Positions 26,401 through 38,249 of a stretch of DNA of 64,000 bases are shown here, piece by piece; the first letter of the stretch is position 1; every line of letters begins with the position of its first letter. The translations under genes were made by a program, and so were the position numbers. Under the pieces are notes generated by a model, which was not told where the DNA came from, ran no database searches, and saw only the letters and a program-made list of their open reading frames with translations. Source of the DNA: Azolla caroliniana (taxonomy: Eukaryota; Plantae; Polypodiophyta); assembly GCA_043228905.1 (NCBI GenBank), contig JBHGNT010000011.1, positions 17,980,001 through 18,044,000 of the forward strand, read 5' to 3'.

Positions 26401-27654
26401 ACAACATGTAGAGCCTGGAACCAAAATGATATAGATTTTCACAGTTTTCTTCCCCATCATCTACAACAAAGAAAAGAGGAAAACACTCTCCAAATCTGAA
26501 AATTAATAAACACATAAGCAATTCTCCCTTTCACTCCCTAGAAATGCTTCATCCTCCATTAACATCATCCATCTCTTCCACAAATTTAGACGATATATAT
26601 ATATATATATATATATTCCCCTTTTCTATCTATAAGGACGACTTCCTGAAGCAAAGCGGTCCTTATAACATCAGCCATGTCGACGACGGATATCACCCAA
26701 ATGATGGCCCCCACACCATCTTCACTCATCCTTATCACAAAAAAATCTTCATTCAGTTCACATCAACCATCTCGCCGAATATCGCCAAGTTCCTGTACAA
26801 ATAACAACAAAATGAATCTAGAGTATTTCCTCCTAAACCTATCTTGATTTTTTGTAAGCATGAATAAGATTATGTTAGAAAATGGATTATACGTATTAGT
26901 ATCAATATTGGCAAATTACCACCTCCACATGGGGTTTCCCTAGAAATACCCTTTAATTATTTTTAATGTAATGTATAGAGAGTCATTAGGGGAAACAAAC
27001 AAGACTAGTGGTTTCCAATAAATGGCAATCTTCTTTTCCTAGGTGGATATCTTCCTATGTTGGGACATGTGAGTCCCATTATGAAAGGATCTTGCATTAG
27101 GGCAATGGAAAGCAATAATAGAAGATTAATAAAAATCGTTTGTATTTTTTTCTCTTTTGACCAAGAGAATATTTAGACATGCTTCAAACTTCTTTGGCAT
27201 ACAATGTAGACAAAGTATTAAGTTGCAAGGTAGCATTACATGCTACATTTGATTTTTTTTCTCAAATGTTATTATTGTGGTTCATTGGTGGAAAAAATGT
27301 GAGGGTATGATTGTATTGATTCTAGCACATGTTATTTTTACCAGCATTATGGAGGTTGACAATTACATAATTCTACAGATGTTGCTAATTTCATGATTAT
27401 TGACAATTACATGATTTTCTAAACATGTCTCCGTAGTTTTCCTCATTGTGGAGTCTCTTGAATCATGCATACCATTAATCAGGCCCAACCATCATCAATG
27501 ACTATTTATGGATTGTAGTTTTGACGGCATCACCATATGCTAATGTACATTTTTCACGTATTGTACCTAATATACATTTTCTTTAGCATTCAAAAAGATC
27601 GTTTTCAACGTCCTTAGACACAGGCATCGGTTTCATTCCTAATGTTTCAGTCAC

Positions 27655-30600
27655 TTATGGCATGGCCAAGTCACTGATCAGACAATGCTCCCATTGACTA
27701 GATTCCATTTCCATGGTGGCAACCGCATAAATGTTTGACATACACACATAAGCTGCAGCATTTTTTACTTTCAGTCCCACTGCATGATCAAAAGCAAGCC
27801 TCCCATGCTCCACATTGCCCCATTTCTTGCATGCTCCCAAAAGAGTGAGCCATACCACATTATCAGGATGGAATGGCATTTCATTAATTACATACAACAC
27901 ATGATCGATGCATCCCGCACGACCAAGAATATCTACAATGCAAGAGAAATGGTCAAGGGTTGGCAAGACCTTAAAACAGAAATGCTCAAGAGTTGGTTTA
28001 CAAGAGTAATGGTCAAGAATTGGCCTAAGCTTACACTGGCTATTCATAGCTTCCATAACCATATGGCCCTCAGCCACAAGACCCGCATGACTGCAAGCAT
28101 TGAGAACATGAAGAAAAGTTACCAAGCTTGGCTCTATACCTTCTCCAACCATCGTCTCGAAAGCATAGTAAACATTTTCACAATCACCAAGTTGGGCATA
28201 TCCTGCGATGAGAACATTCCATAGGTCCAAATCTTTGACCATCAGACCGTCAAATATTCCCTTAGCTGTCCTAAGTAATCCACATTTGGCATATAAATCG
28301 ACCAATGTTTCTCGGATAATGTCATCTCTTTCTAAACCCTTTTTCAGAATCTCTCCATGTATTTCTTGACCTTTTTCTAAGGCTCCTATGCTCGTACAAG
28401 CTTTCAAACTGCAAACAAGTATGATAGCATCTTGGGTGATCCCCTCTTGTTTCATCTCTTCATGATAATGGAGAGCATCTTCACTATACCCATGTTCTGT
28501 ACACCCAGTAATAAGAGCAGTCCATGAGACCACATCTCTGACCGGAAGTCTATCAAATACTACCTGTGCTTCTGCAAGCAAACCACAGTTTACATACATA
28601 TCGACCAAGATGCTTCCCATGAATACTTCTATCTCTAAAAGTCCTCTTTTAATGATCTCAATGTGTAGTTCCTTTCCTTTTACACGAGATCCTATGTCTC
28701 GACAAGCCTTCAAGCCACAAATAAATGCAGCAATGCTCATAGCGATTCCCTCAGTTTGCATGTGTTGAAGACAATCCAGTGCCTCTTCAGAATGGCCGCA
28801 TTCCACATATCCTGAACTCAGAGCAGTACACGCGATAACAGATCTAGTTGGCATCTTATCGAAAACCTCTTGCGCATCTGGAAGAGAGAAGCATTTAGAA
28901 TACATGTCAACCAAAATGTTGCCAATAATGGGTTCTGTTTCCAGCCCTTTTTTGACAACCTCAGCATGTACTGCTTGTCCCTTATCCATGTACCTTATGC
29001 TGCCACACATTTTCAGTATAGAAATGAATGTAATAGCATCTGGTGTAATACACTCCTGTTGCATCTTTTCAATACAGTTTATTGCTTCTTCAAAACAGTC
29101 ATGTTCTACATATCCTGAAATCAGTGTATTCCATGATAGGATGTTGTGAGCTGGAAGACTGTCAAAAACATCACGTCCTTCCTCAAAAAGCCCACATTTC
29201 ACATACATGTCAAATATGCTGCCAACAAGATTCTCGGATTCTAGTCCCTTTTTGGTAACTTCATCATGAATTATTTGCCCTTCAGTGATTGCTCCAATGC
29301 TGCCACATGCTTTGAGGCTGCAAATATAGGTCCCAAAGCCAACAGGGCAGTTTGTATTTTGCGACTGGTTATACCAGTAGAATGACTCCTTACCATGCCC
29401 ACTTTCCACACATCCTATGATTAAAGCTGAAGAAGATGACTGATCTCCAACCAGTAAAGTTTTATAAACCGCTTGGGATTCTTCCAATAAGCTACATTTT
29501 GCATACATGTATATCAAAGTGTTGGAAAGAACAAGCTCATTGTCTAATCCTTTCTTGATGATCTCGGCATGTAATTCTTGACCCTTGATTGTGGCTCCTG
29601 CATTGGCACAAGCCTTTAAGATGAAGATGAATGTGGCAAGATTATGAGGAGGCACTGACGCGTTCTGCATTTTTTCGTAACATTGTATTGCCTCTTCGGA
29701 CTCCAAATGTTCAATATATGTTGTCCACAGCATTCCATCATGAACTCGAAGCTTATCAAACATATCTTGTGTTTCAGCAATGGCTCCACACTTTGAATAC
29801 ATATCAACCAAAGCACTTGTAATGAAAGTGTCTCCCTCAAGCATGCCTCTCTGAATAATTTCAGTGTGTATTTCCCGCCCATGATTGGTGGCATTCATAG
29901 AGCCAATGGCTTTCAGGATGCAAACCAATGTTATGGCACTGTAAGGGATACCTCTATTTTTCATATGCTGAACTAGGGTAAAAGCATCCTCAAGTTGATC
30001 ATATTCTATATATGCAGCAATTATGACAGTCCATGAGACCTCATCTCGCAATGGAAGTTTATCAAATACATTCCGAGCTTCTGCAAGGAAGCCACATTTA
30101 GCATACACATCAACCAAGGCACTACCAGAAAAGGCATCTCTTTCAAGAAATCCTCTCCTCATGATGTCAGTATGTATTCTGTGTGCATTCATTATATCAC
30201 ATAAGCTACAACAAGCTTTTAAGACTGAAACAAAGGTCACATCATCCATAAAGCTATCACCATCCTTCAACTTCTCAAAACATTGCAATGCTTCTTCATT
30301 CCGACCATGTTCAACATATCCTGTGATTAACACATTCCAAGTAACTAAATCTCTAAAAGGAATCCTCTCAAACACTTCTCGTGCTTCCAAAAGAAAATCA
30401 CATCTTGCATATACTTCAACTAAAGTACTCCCAACATAAAGATCTTTTTCTAATCCTTTCATTACTATCTCAGAACCGATTTCTTGCAGCTTTGCAAAGT
30501 CCTTTACATTGTCACACGCTTTCAAGATGACAACAAAGGTGAAACAGTCAGGACACAGACCATTATGTTGCATCTTATCAAAATAATTAACTGCTTCTCT

Positions 30601-31782
30601 GCTACAGCCTTGCTCTGTACATCCTGCAATTATTGTGTTCCATGAGATTACATCACGAAGTGGAAGCTTATCAAATATTTCCTTCGCAATCTCAATACAA
30701 GAAATTTTTGAATACATTTCAACCAAGGCAGTACCAACTTCAAGACAAGTTTCCAAGCCCTTTGTCACAATGTCATTGTGTACTTCTTGGCATTTTCCTA
30801 TATCTTCTAATCTAGCACAAGTTTTTAACATGCAAATAAGAGTGATTGCGTTTGAAGAGATACCCTCTATTTGCATCTTCTTAAAGAATTGATATACGTG
30901 CTCATTATATCCACACTCCAGGTATCCTGTGATAAGAACATTCCATAAAATTATATTTTGATCAGGAATCCTATCAAATATTATCTGTGCTTCTGTAAGA
31001 CAACCACACTTCGCATACAAATCAACTAGCATACTTCCAACCACTACCTCTTTATCAAATCCTTTCTTTGCAATCTCCACATATACTTCCATACCTTTAT
31101 CCATCAACCCTAAATTGCTACATGCTTTCAGAATGCAAATAAATGTAACATCATCAGGAGGAATGCCTCCATATTGCATGTGCTGGAAACAATGCAATGC
31201 TTTCTCACCTTCCCCACACTCTATATAACCTGTAATAAGCGTATTCCATATGACCACTGTCTGAACTGAAAGTTGATCAAACACTTCTTGTGCTCTTGTT
31301 ATGCACCCACATTTTGCATACATATCCACCAAAGTGCTACAAACAAATGCATTGCTTTCCAACAGACCCATAGAAGAAACATGAGAATGCAATTCATGGC
31401 CTATTTCCATATCTTTCAGCAAGGCACAAGTCTTCAGCAAAATCACAAAGGTGTATCCATCCAAGTGCAGACACTCTTCTTTGATTATCTTATATATGAT
31501 GAGGATACGGAGGAATTCTTTCTGTTTGAAATAACCAATAATAAGAGAATTCCACAGTGATTCATTCCGACATGGCATTCTCTCAAACACCTTGTGAGCA
31601 TAGAAAACTCTTCCAAGTTCCATTAAAACAGAGATGAGGCAGTGTCCTAGTGATGGATGAACTTCTAATCCACATGCTCGCATATGATTTTTCAGTCTCA
31701 GAAGTTGCATAATGTTCTTATCCTTGCTACATTTATTTAGAATGAAAATGAGGTTTTCAGAACATGAGTAGAAAACAGGCAT
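27655..31782 (-). CDS. Pentatricopeptide repeat protein, PLS class with C-terminal E domain and no DYW domain (probable organellar RNA-editing specificity factor)
   Basis: 1375-aa uninterrupted ORF with about a dozen P-L-S triplets (LVDMYAKCG..EA..VFD / VVSWNxLIxGY / TFxxxLKAC). The E domain reads MPFHPDNVVWLTLLGACKKWGNVEHG...AAAYVCMSNIYA. No HxE/CxxC deaminase motif. An extra upstream exon is possible (see findings). Confidence 0.95.
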   Translation of the reverse strand: MPVFYSCSENLIFILNKCSKDKNIMQLLRLKNHMRACGLEVHPSLGHCLISVLMELGRVFYAHKVFERMPCRNESLWNSLIIGYFKQKEFLRILIIYKIIKEECLHLDGYTFVILLKTCALLKDMEIGHELHSHVSSMGLLESNAFVCSTLVDMYAKCGCITRAQEVFDQLSVQTVVIWNTLITGYIECGEGEKALHCFQHMQYGGIPPDDVTFICILKACSNLGLMDKGMEVYVEIAKKGFDKEVVVGSMLVDLYAKCGCLTEAQIIFDRIPDQNIILWNVLITGYLECGYNEHVYQFFKKMQIEGISSNAITLICMLKTCARLEDIGKCQEVHNDIVTKGLETCLEVGTALVEMYSKISCIEIAKEIFDKLPLRDVISWNTIIAGCTEQGCSREAVNYFDKMQHNGLCPDCFTFVVILKACDNVKDFAKLQEIGSEIVMKGLEKDLYVGSTLVEVYARCDFLLEAREVFERIPFRDLVTWNVLITGYVEHGRNEEALQCFEKLKDGDSFMDDVTFVSVLKACCSLCDIMNAHRIHTDIMRRGFLERDAFSGSALVDVYAKCGFLAEARNVFDKLPLRDEVSWTVIIAAYIEYDQLEDAFTLVQHMKNRGIPYSAITLVCILKAIGSMNATNHGREIHTEIIQRGMLEGDTFITSALVDMYSKCGAIAETQDMFDKLRVHDGMLWTTYIEHLESEEAIQCYEKMQNASVPPHNLATFIFILKACANAGATIKGQELHAEIIKKGLDNELVLSNTLIYMYAKCSLLEESQAVYKTLLVGDQSSSSALIIGCVESGHGKESFYWYNQSQNTNCPVGFGTYICSLKACGSIGAITEGQIIHDEVTKKGLESENLVGSIFDMYVKCGLFEEGRDVFDSLPAHNILSWNTLISGYVEHDCFEEAINCIEKMQQECITPDAITFISILKMCGSIRYMDKGQAVHAEVVKKGLETEPIIGNILVDMYSKCFSLPDAQEVFDKMPTRSVIACTALSSGYVECGHSEEALDCLQHMQTEGIAMSIAAFICGLKACRDIGSRVKGKELHIEIIKRGLLEIEVFMGSILVDMYVNCGLLAEAQVVFDRLPVRDVVSWTALITGCTEHGYSEDALHYHEEMKQEGITQDAIILVCSLKACTSIGALEKGQEIHGEILKKGLERDDIIRETLVDLYAKCGLLRTAKGIFDGLMVKDLDLWNVLIAGYAQLGDCENVYYAFETMVGEGIEPSLVTFLHVLNACSHAGLVAEGHMVMEAMNSQCKLRPILDHYSCKPTLEHFCFKVLPTLDHFSCIVDILGRAGCIDHVLYVINEMPFHPDNVVWLTLLGACKKWGNVEHGRLAFDHAVGLKVKNAAAYVCMSNIYAVATMEMESSQWEHCLISDLAMP

Positions 31783-31841
31783 CTCAAAATGTTTATGATG
31801 GTAACCAAATAATTTGGATGGATAATCTCAAAATGTTCATT

Positions 31842-31918
31842 AAGGTTTACGATTAGGGGTTTTCAATATATATTAGGGTTTAGGGTAACCCCTAAGAACC
31901 TAAACCCTAACTAAACCT
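31842..31918. repeat. Head-to-head telomere-type motifs (telo-box cluster)
   Basis: ttagggtttagg (31873-31884) is the exact reverse complement of cctaaaccctaa (31899-31910). Confidence 0.75.
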
Positions 31919-32991
31919 TCTTCTCGAATTTGCATGACCACAATGACATATGTGTCCATCGCAGGACACAGTTTTAGGGTACTTTTTATTATTCCTATGA
32001 GGAATTCTGGATGGTATCCATGTAAAAAGATTTGAAATGGAAGGAGTCCAGTCGATGCTCTTCGAATTGTGTGAAATGCAGGGGAGAAGAGGATCGCCAT
32101 AGCCTATGTTAGAGAGACCTTACTTAGGATGGAATGATATCCCCCTAGTTGAAATAGTGGATTGCCAAGGGGTTTTCCTCATTTTTCTTTGTATTTCATC
32201 TTTTGATTTCTCTGAGAAAAAAAATAAAAATTAGAGCACGTCCATGGATTTTAATTATTGTCAAAAATTGACCTATGCCAAGGCTCCAACCAAAGTGAAA
32301 TATTTTTGTATTGGAGTTGTTGATAAGTGATCCTCAAAGTTCAAGAATTTTACTCATAGAGAATAGCAATCTAGAGTGCACATTCTAGGTTCAAGAGAAG
32401 GGTGTCTAGGTTCCAAAGTGTATGTATACTTACCTATAGAGGTCGAAAATTGAAATGACCCATGTCACCCACGAACCTGATCTCTCATGGTGGGATAAAC
32501 TCAAACCTTGGTCTTGCCATATCTCCTGTCCTAACAATGTTTACCCATCCAAGATCAAATTGGATACATGTTGAGCCTATCACATATCATTGCATCGAAC
32601 TTCCAAATACATATCATTTAGAGATGAAAACGATGCAAGCTTAGGAAAATTCATGTAATGCCTTGGTTTCAATCTAAAAAGCTACGATACATGACATTAG
32701 TACATGTACAAATTAGCAAATAAGTAATCCAATAACATCAATCTAGTGACCTTTGACTCTGATAACGTATACTTAAGTTGTTTTTACTTACCTTCAACTT
32801 GATAATGTAGTTTGAGCTAATGTTGCAAAGTGTTGGTTCAAGATGTTTCCCTTACGAGTTACTAAGCCCAAATCAAACGAAAGTTTTAAGGAATTAATAC
32901 ATAAATTGCTAATGTGAAATGCAACTTAGCAATGAAATTTGCTCAAACGGCCATAAATTATGTGAAGGAGTCTTGTCATGATGCAGTTATA

Positions 32992-33626
32992 TGTTTGAGT
33001 CCATATCTAATATGTAAGCAAAAGATAGAAATTAGAAAGAGGGGCTAGATCCGCTCGAGCTACTCCTAGTGATGATGAGAGATGGACCCACGTGCACACT
33101 GATGTCCCTGACTACAAATAGTGTCATGTCACTTGATCACTTTGAATAAAGTAGTCGAGTGTGAACATGCCAAGGACCCGGGGCTTAGCACTACATAAAG
33201 ATGCTAGCTAACTCTTTAGAGGGGTTGTTGTTTAGAGTCTATTACTAATCAATAGACCGAAATCGATAAAATAAGGTAATTAGATTGGGTAGAAGAACCC
33301 ATTCCACCCCCCGAGCTATGATTAAGACATTGCCAACCTACCACAGACGTCCCATACAACCGGATATTAGGATGACTAATACCTTGGAAGAGATAACAAG
33401 ATAATCGCGACGAAATCCTAGCTTGCACCATCGGTGTCTTAAGACAACAGCCTTTCGACATAATGTTCTTATGAGGGTAGCTAAGCCTCATATTTATACC
33501 TCTTCCTAAGCCCCTTGAATATATATGTGCCTTTCTAAAAGACTCTCCATTCATTGGTTGTCAAGATCATGATAGTGCATGCACCTATCATTCCTTCTAT
33601 TGAATCACATTAGTCCCTTTCTAACA
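32992..33626 (-). mobile_element. Probable solo LTR
   Basis: Bounded by TGTTTGAG and CTAACA. Its left end matches the reverse complement of 33790-33925 and resembles the LTR end at 22578. TSD is imperfect. Confidence 0.55.
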
Positions 33627-33649
33627 TTAGTGAACATACCCTTCACTTA

Positions 33650-34680
33650 TGTAAACATTAGTGACCTACCCTCACCTACGTTATGTGTACATAACAGTGG
33701 TTCTAGATCCAACCTTTGTAGTGTAATGAGTCTGGCATCGACAATCTCGCGATCCTCATAGCTACCTAGGTATGATCCCATCCGTGGTGGTATGGGACAT
33801 CGATGGGCATGTGGGTCAAGTCTCTCACCATCACTAAGGGGTGCTCCAGTAGATCTACACACTCTTTCCATCATTCTTAATTTATTTCCTTATCTTTTGA
33901 TTACATGTTAGAAATGGACTCCAACGTGATGGTACAAATCAATCTTGAAAAGCATATGACAATGTGAATTGGCTTGTTTGTGAGTAACTTTGTGATCCAT
34001 TTGAGTTTTGCTAAGTGGATGTTATGTACTTTCGGGGAGGGATCAGTCTCACACATGCTCAATTGAGGTGTTACAAAACTCATCTCAAATGCAAATCAAT
34101 TAGACAAGGTTGCCTAGTGAGTTCCTAATTGTAACACAACCTGCATTATTAAATAATGATACATAATAAGGTGACGAGAAATGAGTTCGTTGTGCTTTCA
34201 TTACCATCAAGAGATACATGCATTGTACAAGCATTAGCAATATTGCTAAAGCATACAAGCGTGCAAAAACTCTTTATTGTGGCTTGAGGTTTGAAGATTA
34301 ACATGCATATTAAAGTTCTTATTTGCACGTATGGAGAAGAATATGGATGATCTTAGTAGGTTAGCAATAAGACTTTGTTGTGATATGATTTGTATACTTT
34401 TAGGTTATCCAATAGATATGCCACAAGATTGAGGAGAAATTTATGTATCAAAAGCTACAATACTAGCCATTTCATGTACATCATAAAGTGGTACAATCAA
34501 CAATGGTTCCCATTGTATCATACTACCTAACTTTGTTACTATGGTGTAAAAGGAACACTAAATGTTTAGCGACGACATTGCGATTTATGTTATGAAAGAA
34601 GGAGAAATTGGGACATCTAAAGAGGCACTAGGAATCACATTAGTACTCCAAAGAGATTAAGGGTGCCACAAAGTGTCCCT
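33650..34680 (+). mobile_element. Partial LTR of the same family in opposite orientation, followed by a PBS-like site and a decayed gag zinc knuckle
   Basis: The LTR ends ...ggactccaac at about 33925 and is followed by a tggtac PBS-like sequence. A frameshifted CY..GE.GHLKRH* zinc-knuckle remnant lies near 34590-34630. It shares gtcccataccacc with 22720-22732. Confidence 0.45.
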
Positions 34681-36749
34681 CCAAATGCACATCTCATGAA
34701 ACGCACAATAACATTGGAGAGAGAACTAATAAAAAGAAGGTTTTGGTGACCACAAATTTGAGTGCATCCACCCTAAATAAGCATGTCCACAATGCAAGTT
34801 GCCTGCCCCTCTATCATAATATATTTTTATATTGCAATATATTATATTAGTAATTGATATTGGCATTAACAAAACTCTAGAGATTCAATAATAGGATCAA
34901 AACGCTTCTCGGAATAAATAACAGTGGAAACGTCTTGAAATAGCAAACAACCATATTGTTATTGATATTTATTAACACCTGACTGATCCTATGAGACTTC
35001 CGCATATTCAATGAAATCCTATCATGATAAACCATGGTTGAATCACAAAAACATGTGTTACATGTCCATTCAACCTTTTGCATGTAATGCATAATGTACA
35101 ACACCTTACACCTTGCATATATACTTGAAACAGAGGCATTGACATGGACTTACAAATTCTACTTATAACTCACTGTGTGCAAACTACTGAATCTAATTAA
35201 AAACAACCAGCTTGAAAAGCATTTTACTGCTGACATAAAGTGATTTAGACTGGATTATGGAACTTAAAAAAGGGTTCACTGATGGACACCAATTCTGCTA
35301 CATTTTCACATCCAAAGAAATACATTTTTAGATACATAAAACATCGCCTTAAAATTTTGGACTTGTAAAGACTTCATTTCACATCCAAGACGTTAAATTG
35401 CTCGTGAACAAGGAATTTGACACCCTATTGAGCCATAAGATTTGCACCCTTCAATATATTCTTTATTCAAAACCGAGGAGAACACAATCTGTAACGGCTC
35501 AAAAACCTGGTTTATGCCAATGTCAGCTATTGAAACTGGTATCTGGAGCTTTCACAGAATCCCCACTATGGTAGACACACTAAAAACTTTTAAGTGCCCT
35601 TAAGTAGGAACCTAAAACGGCTCAACAGTTGGATGCAGACACCATCAGATACATCAGATCCAATGCTTATGGGACTGACTAGATGTTGATCCCAAGCTGG
35701 TTCAGAAGGTCTAGGGAGCATGGGACCTCAGCTGTTTTAGATTATCCATAAACTGTAATCTTGTCCAATTTCAAGAGTTACAGGGTAATAAGTAAAATAT
35801 AATATAAAATAAAATAAGAATAGTTATTACTTCATAAAAGAACCATCCTAACGATGGGCACCATTCTCACAGAAAGGCACATTCCCTTATTTGAACAAGA
35901 TAATTCAGAAGCTTGGCACTAAACATGCCATAAGCACAAGAAATTCTTCATTACACAAGAGCATTTTCATTATTTGTGGGAAAAGTATCAGAATTACAAA
36001 CCGGATGAATTCATTTTCACTGTTCAACTCTATAACAAGAAACAGGTGAAAAATCATATGCGTACCACGTTTGTTTTCCTAGACTAAAAAAAGCTTCATC
36101 ATGGGAGCACATTTTTACTTATTTGAAAATATATCAGTAGGTTCTGTGTGGTTCTCTTTCTCTTTTGTAAGAGCAAAATGGACCTAGGATAAAGAAAGGA
36201 GTAATTTTTCAGAACAAAACAAAGTTCTCTCTTTCTTAAGAACAAAATCAAAAGAGATTACACAAACTGAAACAAAACAACATGTGTTGATAAATCCAAT
36301 TCTATAATAGAATCAAAAGACAACAATTGAGTTGCATTGCACTTGCCATGTCTTAACTGAAAATGCAAGACGAGCTTCATCACAAATTTTTATTATTTGT
36401 TAGAAATTAGAAAAAGATGAGTTTGTTTGCCCAAAATCAGCAGAAATTTACAAAAACAGTCAAGAAATAAGTCCAGCAACAGGAATATGATGCTTCGCAG
36501 TTCGCATGCCCTAATCAATCATAGAAGCAAAATTTTCTCCCTTATTTGTTTGAAAAAGGATAAGTTTGTGTTTTCTGTTCTCTCTTTTGCTTAAGAGTGA
36601 AAATAAGATCAAATAACGAAATTACAGAAAAAGATAAGAAAAATTGTTCAGAAAATTCATTTCTACTATAAGAATCACGATTGAAAGGAAAGCAAAGCGA
36701 AAGGAGCGAACAAAGAGAACAAACCCAAAAAAGGTGAGGTTTGTTGAAT

Positions 36750-37247
36750 TTAAGGGATTCTCCAAGGCTTAGGCTCAGGAACAGCAACGACCATACCTCG
36801 CAGATCTGTAGTGAGGACAATCTGACAAGCCAAACGCTCATGGCGATCCACTTTTCCTCTCCCAGCAGAAGCAACGAGCGTATCATACTCTTCATCAGAG
36901 CGAGGAGGAAGCTTCTCGAGCCATTCTGAAGCTACCATGACACGACACTCTGCAGTGCAGGCGGCAATGTCGTCGAGCCTATGAGATTCTGGATCGACCA
37001 AGCGATGGTTCATGAGAGCTCGAAGGAGAGTGTGGTCAGTCATTCCTTTAACAGGATGTCGAACTCCGTCCACATCGATCGCGGTTAGTTCTACAATTCG
37101 CTCAGAAACCAGACGAGAAACGTTTGGGAGCGATGGGGATAGAGAAGAGGAAGAGGAAGAGGAAGAAGCGAAGCGAGTGGGAGAGGGGCGGAACGAGGGA
37201 GCGATTCCGGGGAGACGGCGGCCAGCAAACCGAGCGATCGCCGCCAT
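36750..37247 (-). CDS. C1-FDX: Mitochondrial ferredoxin-like protein, complex I bridge subunit (At3g07480-like)
   Basis: Arg/Ser-rich presequence MAAIARFAGRRL... The domain DPESHRLDDIAACTAEC...EWLEKLPPR...RLACQIVLT..L.GMVVAVPEPKPW closely follows plant C1-FDX, in which His replaces one 2Fe-2S Cys. Confidence 0.92.
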   Translation of the reverse strand: MAAIARFAGRRLPGIAPSFRPSPTRFASSSSSSSSLSPSLPNVSRLVSERIVELTAIDVDGVRHPVKGMTDHTLLRALMNHRLVDPESHRLDDIAACTAECRVMVASEWLEKLPPRSDEEYDTLVASAGRGKVDRHERLACQIVLTTDLRGMVVAVPEPKPWRIP

Positions 37248-37286
37248 GGCTTGGAGAACTGTGTGGTGATCTTCTGTTTTCCTTCG

Positions 37287-37335
37287 TCTTTCTTCTTCTT
37301 CTTCTTCTTCTTCTTCTTCTTCTTCTTCCTTCTTC
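37287..37335. repeat. (CTT)n microsatellite in the C1-FDX 5' region
   Basis: About 13 consecutive ctt units. Confidence 0.9.
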
Positions 37336-38010
37336 TCTGTGCGGAGAGAGGAAGGAAGACGCAGAGAAAGGAAGAAGAGACAGGAAACGAAATTGTAGGG
37401 CTAGGTCTCCTGTTTATCGAAATTCCATATGTAGCCCTCCCCCTTCTTCTTCATACATACATATTCATCCATGAACGAAAGGAAATGCTTCTAAAGGAAC
37501 CAAAGACACCACCCACCCAAAGCATTATTATTGACACATCATTTGGAGGTGTGTTCCTTCCTTTCCATAACGTAGACACTGAGAGAGAGAGAGAGAGAGC
37601 GAGAGAAGACGGCAGAATGTAGTGTCTTCTGGTCTCGTGTCCCCAGACCCATTCTTATTGAACAAGATGCCCTTGCACATAGACACTATTACCGCAAAGG
37701 AGTGAGTACTTTTTTACATGGGTCGAACGGTCAAAAAGTATCTAGATGGGATAGCATGGCATCAAGTGCTGAATTGCTTATCACATTATGGAAGTAACTT
37801 GAAGGACTCCATTCTTGTATATGGAGAATAGAGCTTGGGAAGATTGGCAAGTGCCTAATTCACAGAAACAAGGTTTGATTAAACTATGCAAAGATGCATT
37901 TCTAGATTGGGGGACTCATATCCTTTATGCTTTTGAATTATAGGTCGATTGCTTATGTACATGTGAATAGAATCAACATAGGCTTATTTATATAAAGGCA
38001 TCCATCCTAA

Positions 38011-38155
38011 TCAATTAAGTGTACTTGTATTCAATTTTGGTGATTGATAATATCTCATCTAAGTGTGTTTGGTCCTTTCTTGTTCAATTAAATATACTTG
38101 TATTCAATTTTGGTGATTGATCATATCTCATCAAGGTGTGTTTGGTCCTTTCTTG
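38011..38155. repeat. Direct tandem duplication of about 72 bp
   Basis: tcaattaa.t.tacttgtattcaattttggtgattgat.atatctcatc...tgtgtttggtcctttcttg is present twice. Confidence 0.9.
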
Positions 38156-38249
38156 CTCTTTTTGATTAAGTAGCAAGGTTTATTAACTATATTTCTTTAT
38201 GTGCTTAGTGTGGAGAGTAGTTAAGATTTGTTCTCTTTGTGGTTAAAAC

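Noticed and set aside
31873-31910. Ancient telomere-telomere fusion site
   Set aside because: There are only about two repeat units per side, too few to separate from telo-box clustering.
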